From Octopus vulgaris (lineage: Eukaryota), in the NCBI GenBank assembly GCA_951406725.2, contig OX597827.1, positions 61,566,001 through 61,630,000 on the forward strand: DNA of 64,000 bases. The letters run 5' to 3'. This document shows, one piece after another, positions 25,401 through 37,481 of the stretch. Below the pieces are notes generated by a model that saw only the letters and a program-made list of their open reading frames with translations, had not been told where the DNA came from and ran no database searches. Both the position numbers and the translations under genes were made by a program. Each line of letters begins with the position of its first letter. Position 1 is the first letter of the stretch.

Positions 25401-28400
25401 TGTGTGTATGTAAATAATTGTGTTGCGCTATGTGAGTGTTTGTCTCTCCTTGACCTGATTGTGTGGTATTGTTGTAAATGAATGTCATTCATTTCCAATA
25501 TTCAGTAAAAATATGTTTGGCTACGGGGAAATGTTACTTTACTTGGAAACAGGTGAAGGATGGCAACAGGAAGGGCATCTAATTGTAGAAAATCTGCCTC
25601 TTTAAGCTCCATCTGACCCATGCAAGCATGGGAAACCAGATAGTAAAACAATGTCAGCATAGGAGTGGCTGTGTGGTAAGTAGCTTGCTTACAAACCACA
25701 TGGTTCTGAGTTCAGTCCCATTGCTTGGCACTTTGGGCAAGTGTCTTCTACTATAGCCTCGGGCTGACCAAAGCCTTGTGAGTGGATTTGATAGACGGAA
25801 ACTGAAAGAAGCCAGTCGTATATATGTACATATATATATATATGTATGTATGTGTATGTATATGTTTGTGTTTGTTCCTCCCAACATCACTTGACAAACA
25901 ATGCTGGTGTGTTTACGTCCCCGTAACTTAACAGTTCAGCAAGAGACCGATAGAATAAGTACTAGATTTAGAAAGAATAAGTCCTGGGGGCGATTTGCTC
26001 GACTAAAAGCGGTGCTCCAGCATGGCTGCAGTCAAATGACTGAAACAAGTAAAAGAGTAAAAAGAGCAGAAGACATGTGTTTGTGTCTAATGTATACAGA
26101 ATGAAAGAGGAAGAAATGACAGAAGGTAACAGAGAGAGGGATGAGAGGGAGAGAAAGAGAGATTGACAGAGAGAGACAAAGTTAGACAGATAAAGAAATA
26201 TACAGGTAGATAGACAGCAAGTCAAACAAATAGACAGACACACACACACAAACAAATAAACAGGTAGAGAGCCAGCTAGACAGACATGGATAAACTGACA
26301 GAGAAGTATTGGAGGAACAAGGGAATGAAGACTCGAGCAGAGATATGTAAGCAGACTGACAACAATGGAGAACAGAACTGTTTACCTTGTGTAGAGAAAA
26401 AAAGTCTTTGACAGCTTCTGATTCTGGACCTTGGCATGAAATGAGCAGTCTTCGCAGTTGGTCAACAGGACGGAGTTTCGACACAATGGTACAACCCTAA
26501 AAGACATAAAACAATAGAGAAGTGAGTGTAATTACACATTACACCATACAGTATATGACTATCATGTATTTGAAAACAGATCTTTACCTTTTGACCGACA
26601 TCATCATCATCATCATTTAGTGTCCGCTTTCCATACTAGCATGGGTTGGATGGTTCAACTGGGGTCTGGGAAGCCAGAAGGCTGCACCAGGCCCAGTCTG
26701 ATCTGGCAATGTTTCTACGGCTGGATGCCCTTCCTAACGCCAACCACTCCGTGAGTGTAGTGGGTGCTTTTTACGTGCCACCGGCACAGGTGCCAGACGG
26801 GGCTGGCAAACGGCCACGGTCGGATGGTACTTTTTACGTGCCACTAGCACGGAGGCCAGTCGGGGCGGTGCTGGCAACTGCCACGATCGGATGGTTCGCT
26901 TACGGGCCACAGATTTTTTAAATAATTTTTTGTCACTAAACGCTTTCAAACTTCGGACACTTTTTATATTCTCGTTTAAACAGGTTCTTTCACTCGCAAC
27001 ATACTTGCTATAGACTCCCATCTTTTACAAAACACACTTTGCGTCAGTGTCAAATCAACGGCACCATAAACAGCAATGCCAAAATGTCTCATACACTATG
27101 CAGAGATGGTGTGGGAACTAGGGTAGAGAAGGGGACAGATTAGTAGTTATGAAGAGCAGAGGTGGTTGGGGAACTTGATTGTAAGAAGGGAGAGACTGAT
27201 AGTAGAAGTGAGGATTAATGATCAGGGTACAGGAAAGAATTGGTGATTTGGGTGAAGTTAAAAAAACTGACAGAAGAAATAAAGGAGAAAAACAAAATTA
27301 AACAGACCTGGGCATTGATAAAAACAAACTTCCTTGGTTTCTCATTGTGCTGCGTGACTACAACTGGTGGGTCTGGCCGCTGTTTAAACTCAGGGGTAAT
27401 ATCTGTTTGGATAGCTGGGACCTCGCACATGCTCCATGTCCGACCTTCAAGAGGAACATAGCTCTATGAAATAGAGAAATGGGTAAAAAAATGTTTAAAC
27501 ACTATAGAAAGATTAAAATATTAATTATTACTTCACATCATAAGAATTTATAACCTTTCAAGAGAACATGAAAAAAACTTTCTTTGGAACAGTGGATTTT
27601 GAAGCACATAAAGCTTTATAAATAATAACATGTAAATATTTGGTTAAAAAAAAAACCCTATTAAATAGAAAAAAGTCAAAAGCTGATCATGGTTTTTCAA
27701 ATCAGTATTTACATACTGTTTTTTATAGCTTTATATATTTTGAGATCCAATCTTCCAAAAAATAATTATAAATTATTATTGTTATGAATTATAATATCCT
27801 ATCATTAATTCCTTTCTACAATCGTAAATAATAGATAAAGATATAGATATCTTATTTTGTATTGCGTACGAAAATGTGGCATAGTGTCGAATGACATTGA
27901 TAAGTGGATACTATGTTTACCTATTATAAAACAACACGTCTTAATCGTTGGACAGCTGTAATTAACAGATTAGACAGCAAACAGAAATAAAGCTTGAATA
28001 AAAGCCTTCTTATGACAATTACATTAGATAAGCAACTAAGTAAAAGAATATTTTTTCAGTAAAAACAATAAGATGTGGAGATATATATATCGGAAACTGA
28101 AAGAAGCCTGTTGGATATATATGTATATATGTGTGTATGTACATGTGTGTGTATGTTTGTGTATCTGCGTTTGTCCCCCTCCCTCCCAACATCACTTGAC
28201 AACCGATGCTGGTGTGTTTACGTCCCCATAACTTAGCAGTTCAGCAAAGTAGTCTCCTTCCTGTAGCTACACACTTTATAGACAGTGTCATTTCCATTGA
28301 TAGAAGTATTCATTGCAGGCATCCCTTCTTTGAGATAGCAAACAGCTGCCTTGTCACATTCTCTTAGATTTCCTCAACAATGTGAAATCTTGTTGGGGGT

Positions 28401-31400
28401 CTTCTACTGCAAAGACTGAGCCTTGGTTTCAGGACCATTGCCATGGGCCCACGATTATGAACATTTTCAAGAGGTGTCTTCTTCCTTGATACAATCAAGA
28501 TCCTGTGCAACAGAAAACCAATCTTCTTTTTGAGAGGACAAGACTATACACACTTTATTTCCAGTCACAGCTTTAACTCTTTAGTGTTCACATTATTCTG
28601 CCAAAATTAATCCTTTCTTATCCACACTGTTTTGAACTAATCAGGCATTATCTTGGTGCTACGAGATTTTGATGAGGTAGCTCTTAATTTTTAAAACGAT
28701 ATTGTAGGGTTGGTGTGAGAGACCAGATCTGGCCAGTTTGAACATAAAATAGGCAGAATACTTTTGGCCAGATATGGCCAGTTTAAAGGCTAAAGAGTTA
28801 AGGAATGGCAGTGAGAGAGAACATAACTCAGTGTGCATTCGTAACAGAGTTCAAGGTCAATCTGTGCCAAGTGGCTTCACTCTGGATACTTTAGCTAGGT
28901 TACCATAACAACAGTCCCAATACCTTTGATCAGCCCAAAGGGCCACACAGTGGGATTGAACTTGGAACCATGTAATTGGGAAGAAAGCATCTCACCACAC
29001 AACAACACCTGTGCCTAGAATAATACAAAAAATCCTCCTCATTTTAGACCAGTTTTATCATGGGTTGGACAGGTTTTTTTTTTAAGGCAGGGCTTTACAG
29101 CTGGAGGCCTTTCCAGTCACCAACCTTTTTAGTTGCCTCTTACAGCAGACAGACATACAGTAGCTATTCTAAACTTGAGATACACACAGCAAGGTAGACA
29201 CAAACAAAGAAAAGAAAAAGTTCCAAGGGAGAAGTAGGACTCTCAGCAAACATACCTTGATTTCTTTAAGTACATTATTGAAAGGTAAGCAATCACTGCT
29301 GATTGTCCAAAGCAAGTCATTTTCTTCAGAGCGTGATTGGATCATCAAAAGGGTTCCTAAATGCAAAAAAAAAGAAAGTATATGTATATATATCATCATC
29401 ATCATTTAACATTTGCTTTCCATGCTAGCATGGGTTGGATGGTTTGACTGAAGACTGGTAAGCCAGGAGGTTGCACCAGGCTCCAATCTAATCTGGCAAG
29501 GTTTCTACAGCTGGATGTCCTTCCTAATAACAACTACTCCGAGAGTGCAGTGGGTGCTTTTTAAAAGCCAACCAGCACAGGAGCCAGTCAGGTAGCACTG
29601 GCATCAACCATGCTTGAATGGTGCTTTTTACAAATATATATTTACATACATACAAACATATATATATATTTCGTTTTTGGATTTGGTTTGCAAGATTCTT
29701 TATACAAGTTCGTGTGTTGAAGCATATTCTGTTGTGTCTGGGGAGAGTCATTCACTTTTAGTACCTTATTATTTAACACACTCACCAGTAAAATTTCCAC
29801 TTATTTCTTATTTTTATTTTCCTAAAATTTTCATTGTGTCTTGCAACTTTGTCAAGAGTCAAGACTATTGAAAAGGTTGCAAGACGCAATGAAAATTTAT
29901 GAATCATAACTTGTTTTTAAAAATTATAAAAAATTGCATAAATAAAATGCGCACAAACCTTTTTTATAATGGGCAAGCCTAACATTGCTTGGACGACCAT
30001 GAGCAGGGTTGGCAGAATAACCAGGAGGTAAGCGAACGTGGACCAACTTTAACATTGATGGATATTTGCGAGATATATGTTGCACGGCACCAAATGGTTT
30101 TGCAGCAAAGTATAACCGGACACCTGGCAATTAGATACAACCACAGCATTAAATGGAACATTCCTGAGAAATCTCATTGAAAATATTAAAAACAAACATG
30201 GTAAAAAAGGCAGGAAAACAAACTACCTAATTTAGTGGTCAAGAAACCCTTCATTATTGTAAATAATTCTGTCTGCCCATCCATCCAGGATCCCTGTATC
30301 TTAGTGTACATTTGCTCTACATAGACATAGTATACCATTTTGGAATCAGCCCTTCATTTGGTTCTTGAACATCCAACATTAGGATTAGGTCTGGATGAGG
30401 ACTTGTTATATGCTAACAGTTGAAAATTCAAATTTTAAAAGAACTACAAAAATTTGTGAACTTACAAGTTTTCCATTTAAACTGAATTTAAAGTAATACC
30501 AATATTGGTGGGGTAACAATAAATACTTTATTATTATTGCTCTCTTTAGTTTTGGGCTGCTAGCTTGAAAGTCCATATGGAGGGCAGCTTCTAAGCTAGT
30601 TGTAAATATAGCATGTCTTTTTCACTCTTTTGATACCAACCCACATGAGACTACTCTTGGTTATATGATACATGCTGTTTAAAATGCTCTAAATTAAAAA
30701 TCTAATAAAGTTTTATGTTAATTAATATTCCAAAGCCAGCTTAATAAGGACAAAGATAGTTAACTAAATTCTTCATTAGCTATTTATAATTTAATTGATT
30801 GAAACAAAGGCAGTGAAATATGACAAAAGGGTTAAATTGTTCTGTCATTTATGTAGGTCCATCCACACTCAACACCTCTGGTTTCTTTGGACTATTTCTG
30901 AAGCATGTTCTATAAAAAGCTGTTAACCCCTCAACCCACCTGTTTCTTGGAAGCAAGGGTTACTGTGAGTGATCCCCCTTACAGCCCTCTGAGTGCAACA
31001 TTGTTGATTGAAAGAAAGAGAGACTATACAGTAGAACTGGGTTGTCTGGAAAGTTTGTGCCGATTTATAGTAGCTTATCTTTTGACTTATTTTAGAACAT
31101 GGCTGAGTCCATAAAATAGGATTTGACTAGATCTCTATTTAGAGCACAGTTTAAGCTATCTTTTCATAGAAGAAGGTTTATGTTCCTATAACCTGTGTTA
31201 ATTCTGTAACCCTTTAAATTGGAAGATAAGAAAGTTCATTTTCAGCACTTGATGCTTTGGAAACCAGACAAAAATTGCTGCAGCTTGGCTGGGATGAGTT
31301 ACTCCACCCTCCATATTCACCAGATATTGCTTATTCGGATTTCCACTTATTCAGGTCTCTGTGGAATAGTCTTAATGGTAAAAATTTCAATTCCTTGGAT

Positions 31401-34400
31401 GACGTAAAAAGATACCTTGATGAATTCTTTGCCATGAAACCACCTCAATTCTAGGTTCATATTTGGTTGATTAAACAAAATGGTTCATATTTGGTTGATT
31501 AAAAATGTAATGGCAAGTATTTATTGACCTTTTTCTTTCCTTTAAAAATCGCCACGAACTTTCCAGACAACCCAATAGTTGACTGTGACTTAGCAGTTCA
31601 GCAAAAGAGCCATGTATAGAACAAGCACCAGACTTAAAATAAATACTGAGGTTGATTTATTTGACAAAAAGCCTTCAAGGTAGTGCCTCAGCATGACCAC
31701 AGTCCAATGACTGAAACAAGTAAAAGATAAAAGATTGCATTTGCAAAACTACAAATAAAAAGGAAGATTTAACCCTTTTACTGTACAAATCAGATATATT
31801 CACTCAAAATTTCATAACCCTTAAGTGCAGGAAATAGCTTTATATACTAATCTATCTTATGTTGAGGAAACCATTTTTGTGTTCAGATATGTCGAGTTTG
31901 TAACAGGATGAAGGTCTCAGGAACACTTGAGGGGTGTCGGTCTTATCCTGTTACATTCAATTGTGTCAAAGGGGAAAACAAAACTTCAACTATCTTCAAC
32001 AGCAATAAATAATACTTCATCTTATCTGGATTCGCAAATAAAATATATACACATATATTTTCTTCAGGGCGAAACCGGTAGCCAAGTCCATAAAACCATT
32101 CACAATAGTTAACTTGTGTGAGCCAAAATGCTGTCTCCGTTCCAAAATAGAAGGGGGCTTCTCTACATGTTGGGTTTTCCTTGAGAGAAGGTCGAGTCCT
32201 GTCCACTCGATAGGGCTTCAGCTTCAAAAACAGACCGATCTGGCGGGACAACTTTCTGTTGGCAGTTCTCTGCGCATGAGGGAACTTCCGGCGGCCTACC
32301 AGAAGTAATCCAGCTCTGAGCATGCGTGCTGAAATCTTCCAAAATAGCGTCACTACAAGTTTATTGAGGCAATGTGGCCTGCAGAAAATACCAATTCTTT
32401 TAACATCATTAATTAGAATAACCATGAAATTTAATTTTGCAATTAAAGAATTAAATTTTAACTATATTTATTGGCTGAAATTTGTATTTACATATTGAGG
32501 AATACTGACCTGCTTGTGTTATGGCGACTAGATGAAAATTTGGTGATTCCGAGGCTGTCAGTGGTGCAATGTGAATGATGGTTTTAAATAAAGAGGGATC
32601 AATCGTTCTGGAAACAAAATAATCATATAGAGTGAGTTTTAAAACACAAATAAGATCTAGAGTCAAGACATCTACTAAAAATGTCAGCAATATTAAGGTT
32701 GGTCAAACTATTTTTTACAACAGTTAAATACTATTTTTCGAACAACTTATGGTTTAGCAAGGGAGGGAAGGCAATGCCCAAGACCTTTGCAGCTCCATGT
32801 GTCTAACACATGTAAGCATGCTTACAAAGTCAGAAAACAGCACAGCTCCCATGACTTTCAGAAACATTTTTCACACTCTGAGTTGCTGAAGCATGGGACA
32901 AACTACCTGCATCAGTCGGTAGTTGCCGAGATATTGCATCCTTTAAAACCTCCAAGCTTCCTAAAATTCACCAATGCTACATTTGATATCATGCTCCACA
33001 CCCTCCATATGCATGCACACGTTTATCGTGACTCGTACACTGTTCACTTTACTGATTTTTGTACATAAGTCTATGTACTGTACATGCACTTTTGAGGAGT
33101 TGTAGTGCACCTAAGACTGAAGGAGCAGGTCTGTTTTGAGCCCTAAGACTCATCAGGTCAGTTACCCACTTCTCATAGCACATAACTGACCAAGATCATA
33201 ATATCCCCCCAGAATGGGATGCCAATCTGTCACTGGGTTGTTCATTTAAAGTTGAGTAGATGGGAGCAAAGCAAAAATGAAGTGTTTTTACCAGCACACT
33301 TGGCAAAGTGGTTGGCATTAGGAAGGGCATTCAGCCGTGGAAACCATGCCAAAACAGACTGGAGTCTGATGAAGCTCTCCTGCTTACCAGGTCGGGTCAC
33401 ACCATCCAACCCATGCCAGAATGAACAACGAATGTTAAATGATGATGATAAATATGACAATACCAAAGATGTATGTTTATTATATAGCAAAGATGTATAC
33501 ATTAACCCTTTCGTTACTGTATTTATTTTGCAAGGCTCTGTGTTTCTTTCAATAACTTTAAATATAACAAAGAATTTAGTAAAATAACTTAGTTATCGTT
33601 CAGCTAGTATTAGGAACATAAACTGTGACTTAGCTTTGGTGGAAGATTTTGATTCAAAACTTATGAAAACAAGACATTTGTACTCAGAGCCAGAGCCAGT
33701 TTCAGCCGGATTGGTAATGAAAGGGTTAAGTTATGTGAGCAATTAGCGTTGCAAACTGAGTTAAAAGAGCTGCATTGTCAGACAAAACTAAGGCTAACCA
33801 ACATCATCATAATCATCATCGAAGATAGGTGAGGGACATAAACATTATCAGGAAAGAGAGGAGGGAAGGAAAGCAATGACAGATAACAAACAAAACAGAA
33901 GCCAAACATCAATGAAGGAGTCAGAGATTGAGAGGAACTGAAAGTTTGGCCATCTTACCCGGCTATATGACTGGCAGCTTGTATGATGGTAGATAATGGT
34001 ACAGTTACCACACGGCTCATCCCCTTGCCATCTTCACCCAAGTCAAAAACCTGGAATAAGGAAAATATGAGGACATGTAGATTTACATAGTTACAAATGT
34101 TCTAAAATAAGTCGAAAGGTAAGCTACTATAAATCGGCACAAACTCTCTGGACAACCCAATATTATATTATAATGTATTAAAGTTTACATTATAAATACT
34201 ATTATATTGCATTATATTATATCTTACATTATACAGAAAACATAATAGCTTTAATTTCCTCACCTGAATCGTTCCTTTGTCTGAGCGTGTGTAAAGAATA
34301 TTCCGAGACTGGTCAATACAGATTTGCAGCAGTGGATCTAGGAAAGAGAAAGAAGTTAGGTTACAAGCGAAACAAAAAGCATAAAAAAGAAAACAGCACA

Positions 34401-36852
34401 ATTATCTGAACATTGAACAAAATACTTTGTAGAAGATGGTTACACTTTCCTCCTCATCATCAGTATTATTTGATGTCCATTTCTTCAGGTACAATTTGTT
34501 GAGGTAGATTTTCTATGGCCAGATACCCAGCCTGCCACCTGTTTCCAAGCTAGACATATACATTATTCACAGAAAGCTTAACACAACCTTGCTTGTATGA
34601 TGACCATGCTCATTAACAAACGTCATGTGATATCTAGACAAGGGTACACAGACACTACACACACATACATACATACATGTACATATACACATGTGTACAC
34701 ATACATACACACATATATACATACATACATGCATGCATACGTCACTGTATCAACCAAACTATCCAATCCTGTTATGTACCACTGATCACAAAGTACTTCC
34801 TTGCATTGTTGTAGCTTTCAAATGATGCTACCTCACAGGCAAGCTGACATTCTCCTTGAATGGAATGCCAGTCCATTGCTGAGTGGACTGGAGCAAAGTG
34901 AAATGAAGTGTTTTGCTCAACAACACAATGCACTGCCAGTCCAGGAAATGAAACCATAATCTTGTAATTGTGTGTGCAACACCCAAGCCAGTAAGCTATG
35001 CACCTTCACACAAATATATATGATAGGTATTGGAGTGGCTGTGTGGTAAGTAGCTTGCTTACGAACCACATAGTTCCAGGTTCAATCCCACTGCGTGGCA
35101 CCTTGGGCAGGTGTCTTCTACTATAGCCTCGGGCCGACCAAAGCCTTGTGAGTGGATCTGGTAGACAGAAACTGAAAGAAGCCCGTCGTATATATGTGTA
35201 TATATACATATATATATGTGTGTGTGTGTGTGTGTTTGTCTCCCCAACATCGCTTGACAACTGATGCTCATGCGTTTACGTCCCCGTAACTTAGCGGTTC
35301 AGCAAAAGAGACCAATAGAATAAGTACTAGGCTTACAAAGAATAAGTCCTGGGATCAATTTGCTCGACTAAAGGCGGTGCTCCAGCATGGCCACAGTCAA
35401 ATGACTGAAACAAGTAAAAGAGATGGGCTTTTTTCGGCTTCCATCTATTAAATCCACTAAAAGGGCTCTGTTCAGCCCTATGCACATCTTAATGTACAGA
35501 GATGAAGAAGAAAGACAAAAATATGCAAGAATTACAAAGCAAACAAAAAGAAGAAAGAAAAGGAGAAGAGCTCACCTTCTTCTGTTAAAGATATATTGAT
35601 AAAGCTGGGCACCAGGTATGACAGGTAGCTGGTTGAATGGTTAATTTTCTTGCACTGCCGTCCAAACCAGCCTTTTTGACCCTGAAGAAGGAAATTAAGT
35701 AGCATTAAGAAAAGAAATATAGGAAATCATTGCAGAATGACATGGCTGTGCTGTTGAAAGGCTGGCTTTGTAACCACATGGTTCTAAGTTCAATCCTAGA
35801 GTATGATGACATCACTTTAACAAATGCCTTTAAATGAAATTTGAGATAGGAAAACTGTGGAGCCTCTTATATCATCATTTTATACCTGTTTTCCATGATA
35901 TATACTTATCATCATCATCATTTAACGTCAGCTTTCCATGCTAGCATGGGTTGGACGATTTGACTGAGGACTGGTGAGCCAGATGGCTGCACCAGGCTCC
36001 AATCTGATCTGGCAGTGTTTCTACAGCCAGATGCCCTTCCTAACACCAACCACTCTGAGAGTGTAGTGGGAGCTTTTACATGCCACCGGCACAAGGGCCA
36101 GTCAGGCAGTACTGGCGACGGTCACGCTCAAATGGTGTTTTTTATGTGTCACCTGCACAGGAGCCAGTCCAGCAGCACTGGCAACAATCACAGACTCAAG
36201 CAAATTCAATTGGAATTAACAAACATGAAAGCAGTTTACCTGATATGCCAATTCGTAAAGGCAGCTGTCTTTTCCGGCCATGAAAATACGCCCGTTATTC
36301 ATACCCACTATACTGACAACATAAAGATTGTCCGATGGCAGGCTGAAGAGAGGCTCTGTGATCAGATGCATTTCACAGTTACTCAAACTTTCCAAAGCAC
36401 CTAGAAAACACAAACCAATTCTAAATTACATTTGTGAAAATAATTTATTGTATTACAAACACATACATACACATGCATGCTTGCACATACATGTTTATTT
36501 TACATCTGAAGAATGGACATAACCATGATATTCTATGACCTGAAGAGCTAGCCTTCTATACCTGTATTACCTGTAAAATGTACAATAGTACCATGTAATT
36601 TATAACATATACACTAATAGAGATAATAGAGACAAAAAAAATAATTTAAATTACACTAAAATAAATTGTTTTCTCCATGATGTTGGCTGTGAAACGATCA
36701 CAATCTTATGGATATCAAATGTTGAAATAACTAGAGTCATCTCATTCCTCCTGGCTTTATATTATATATTATATGCTTAAGCATATTGAATTTGCTAGGT
36801 AACTTTTCAGAAATCAAACAAGCAGGGTAATAGAGGTCAAATCAAAAACAAG

Positions 36853-36895
<43 letters not shown>

Positions 36896-37147
36896 TAGAA
36901 ATAAACCACCTTTTATCAATTCAATAATGAAAAATTAAATTATACCATTTAGAAAAATTACATCTTATATTTAATCTTTCTATAAGATGTAATTTTTCTA
37001 AATGGTATAATTTAATCTTTCATTATTGAATTGATAAAAGGTGGTTTATTTCTAATTTATATATATATAAATTATATTTTGTGAAATTTGATTTAGTATA
37101 TATCTAAATTGAATTTTTCCTTGCAAGTTTGGAATAATATTTCCTCA

Positions 37148-37186
<39 letters not shown>

Positions 37187-37392
37187 TATATATATTTAAC
37201 AATTAAGGATAACTTCTTAATAAGGAATCTTAACAAGAAATTATCAGGTAGTTAGCGTGATATAGAACTAAATTCATTTTTTAAATGTCCTGCTTTGAAA
37301 ACTGCATTAGGTACGATTAGTGAAATTTTGGTAGTAATGACTTATGTCCCTCTTAGTGTGAGGCATTTATGTGTAATAATGCCCTCTATACA

Positions 37393-37481
<89 letters not shown>

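Noticed and set aside
32056-32390. Identification as RNase P, RNase MRP, telomerase RNA, 7SK or SRP RNA
   Set aside because: Only fragmentary likeness (GGAAGTTCCC, CAGAGAAC, CTGTTTTT, GATCTGGC); no P4 pairing or CR-V, no CCCTAA template, no paired GAUC motifs, no SRP helix 8
31943-32425. 160-aa minus-strand ORF over the ~340 nt intronic element
   Set aside because: No recognisable domain, no ATG at the annotated start, and its frame is incompatible with the phase of exon 10
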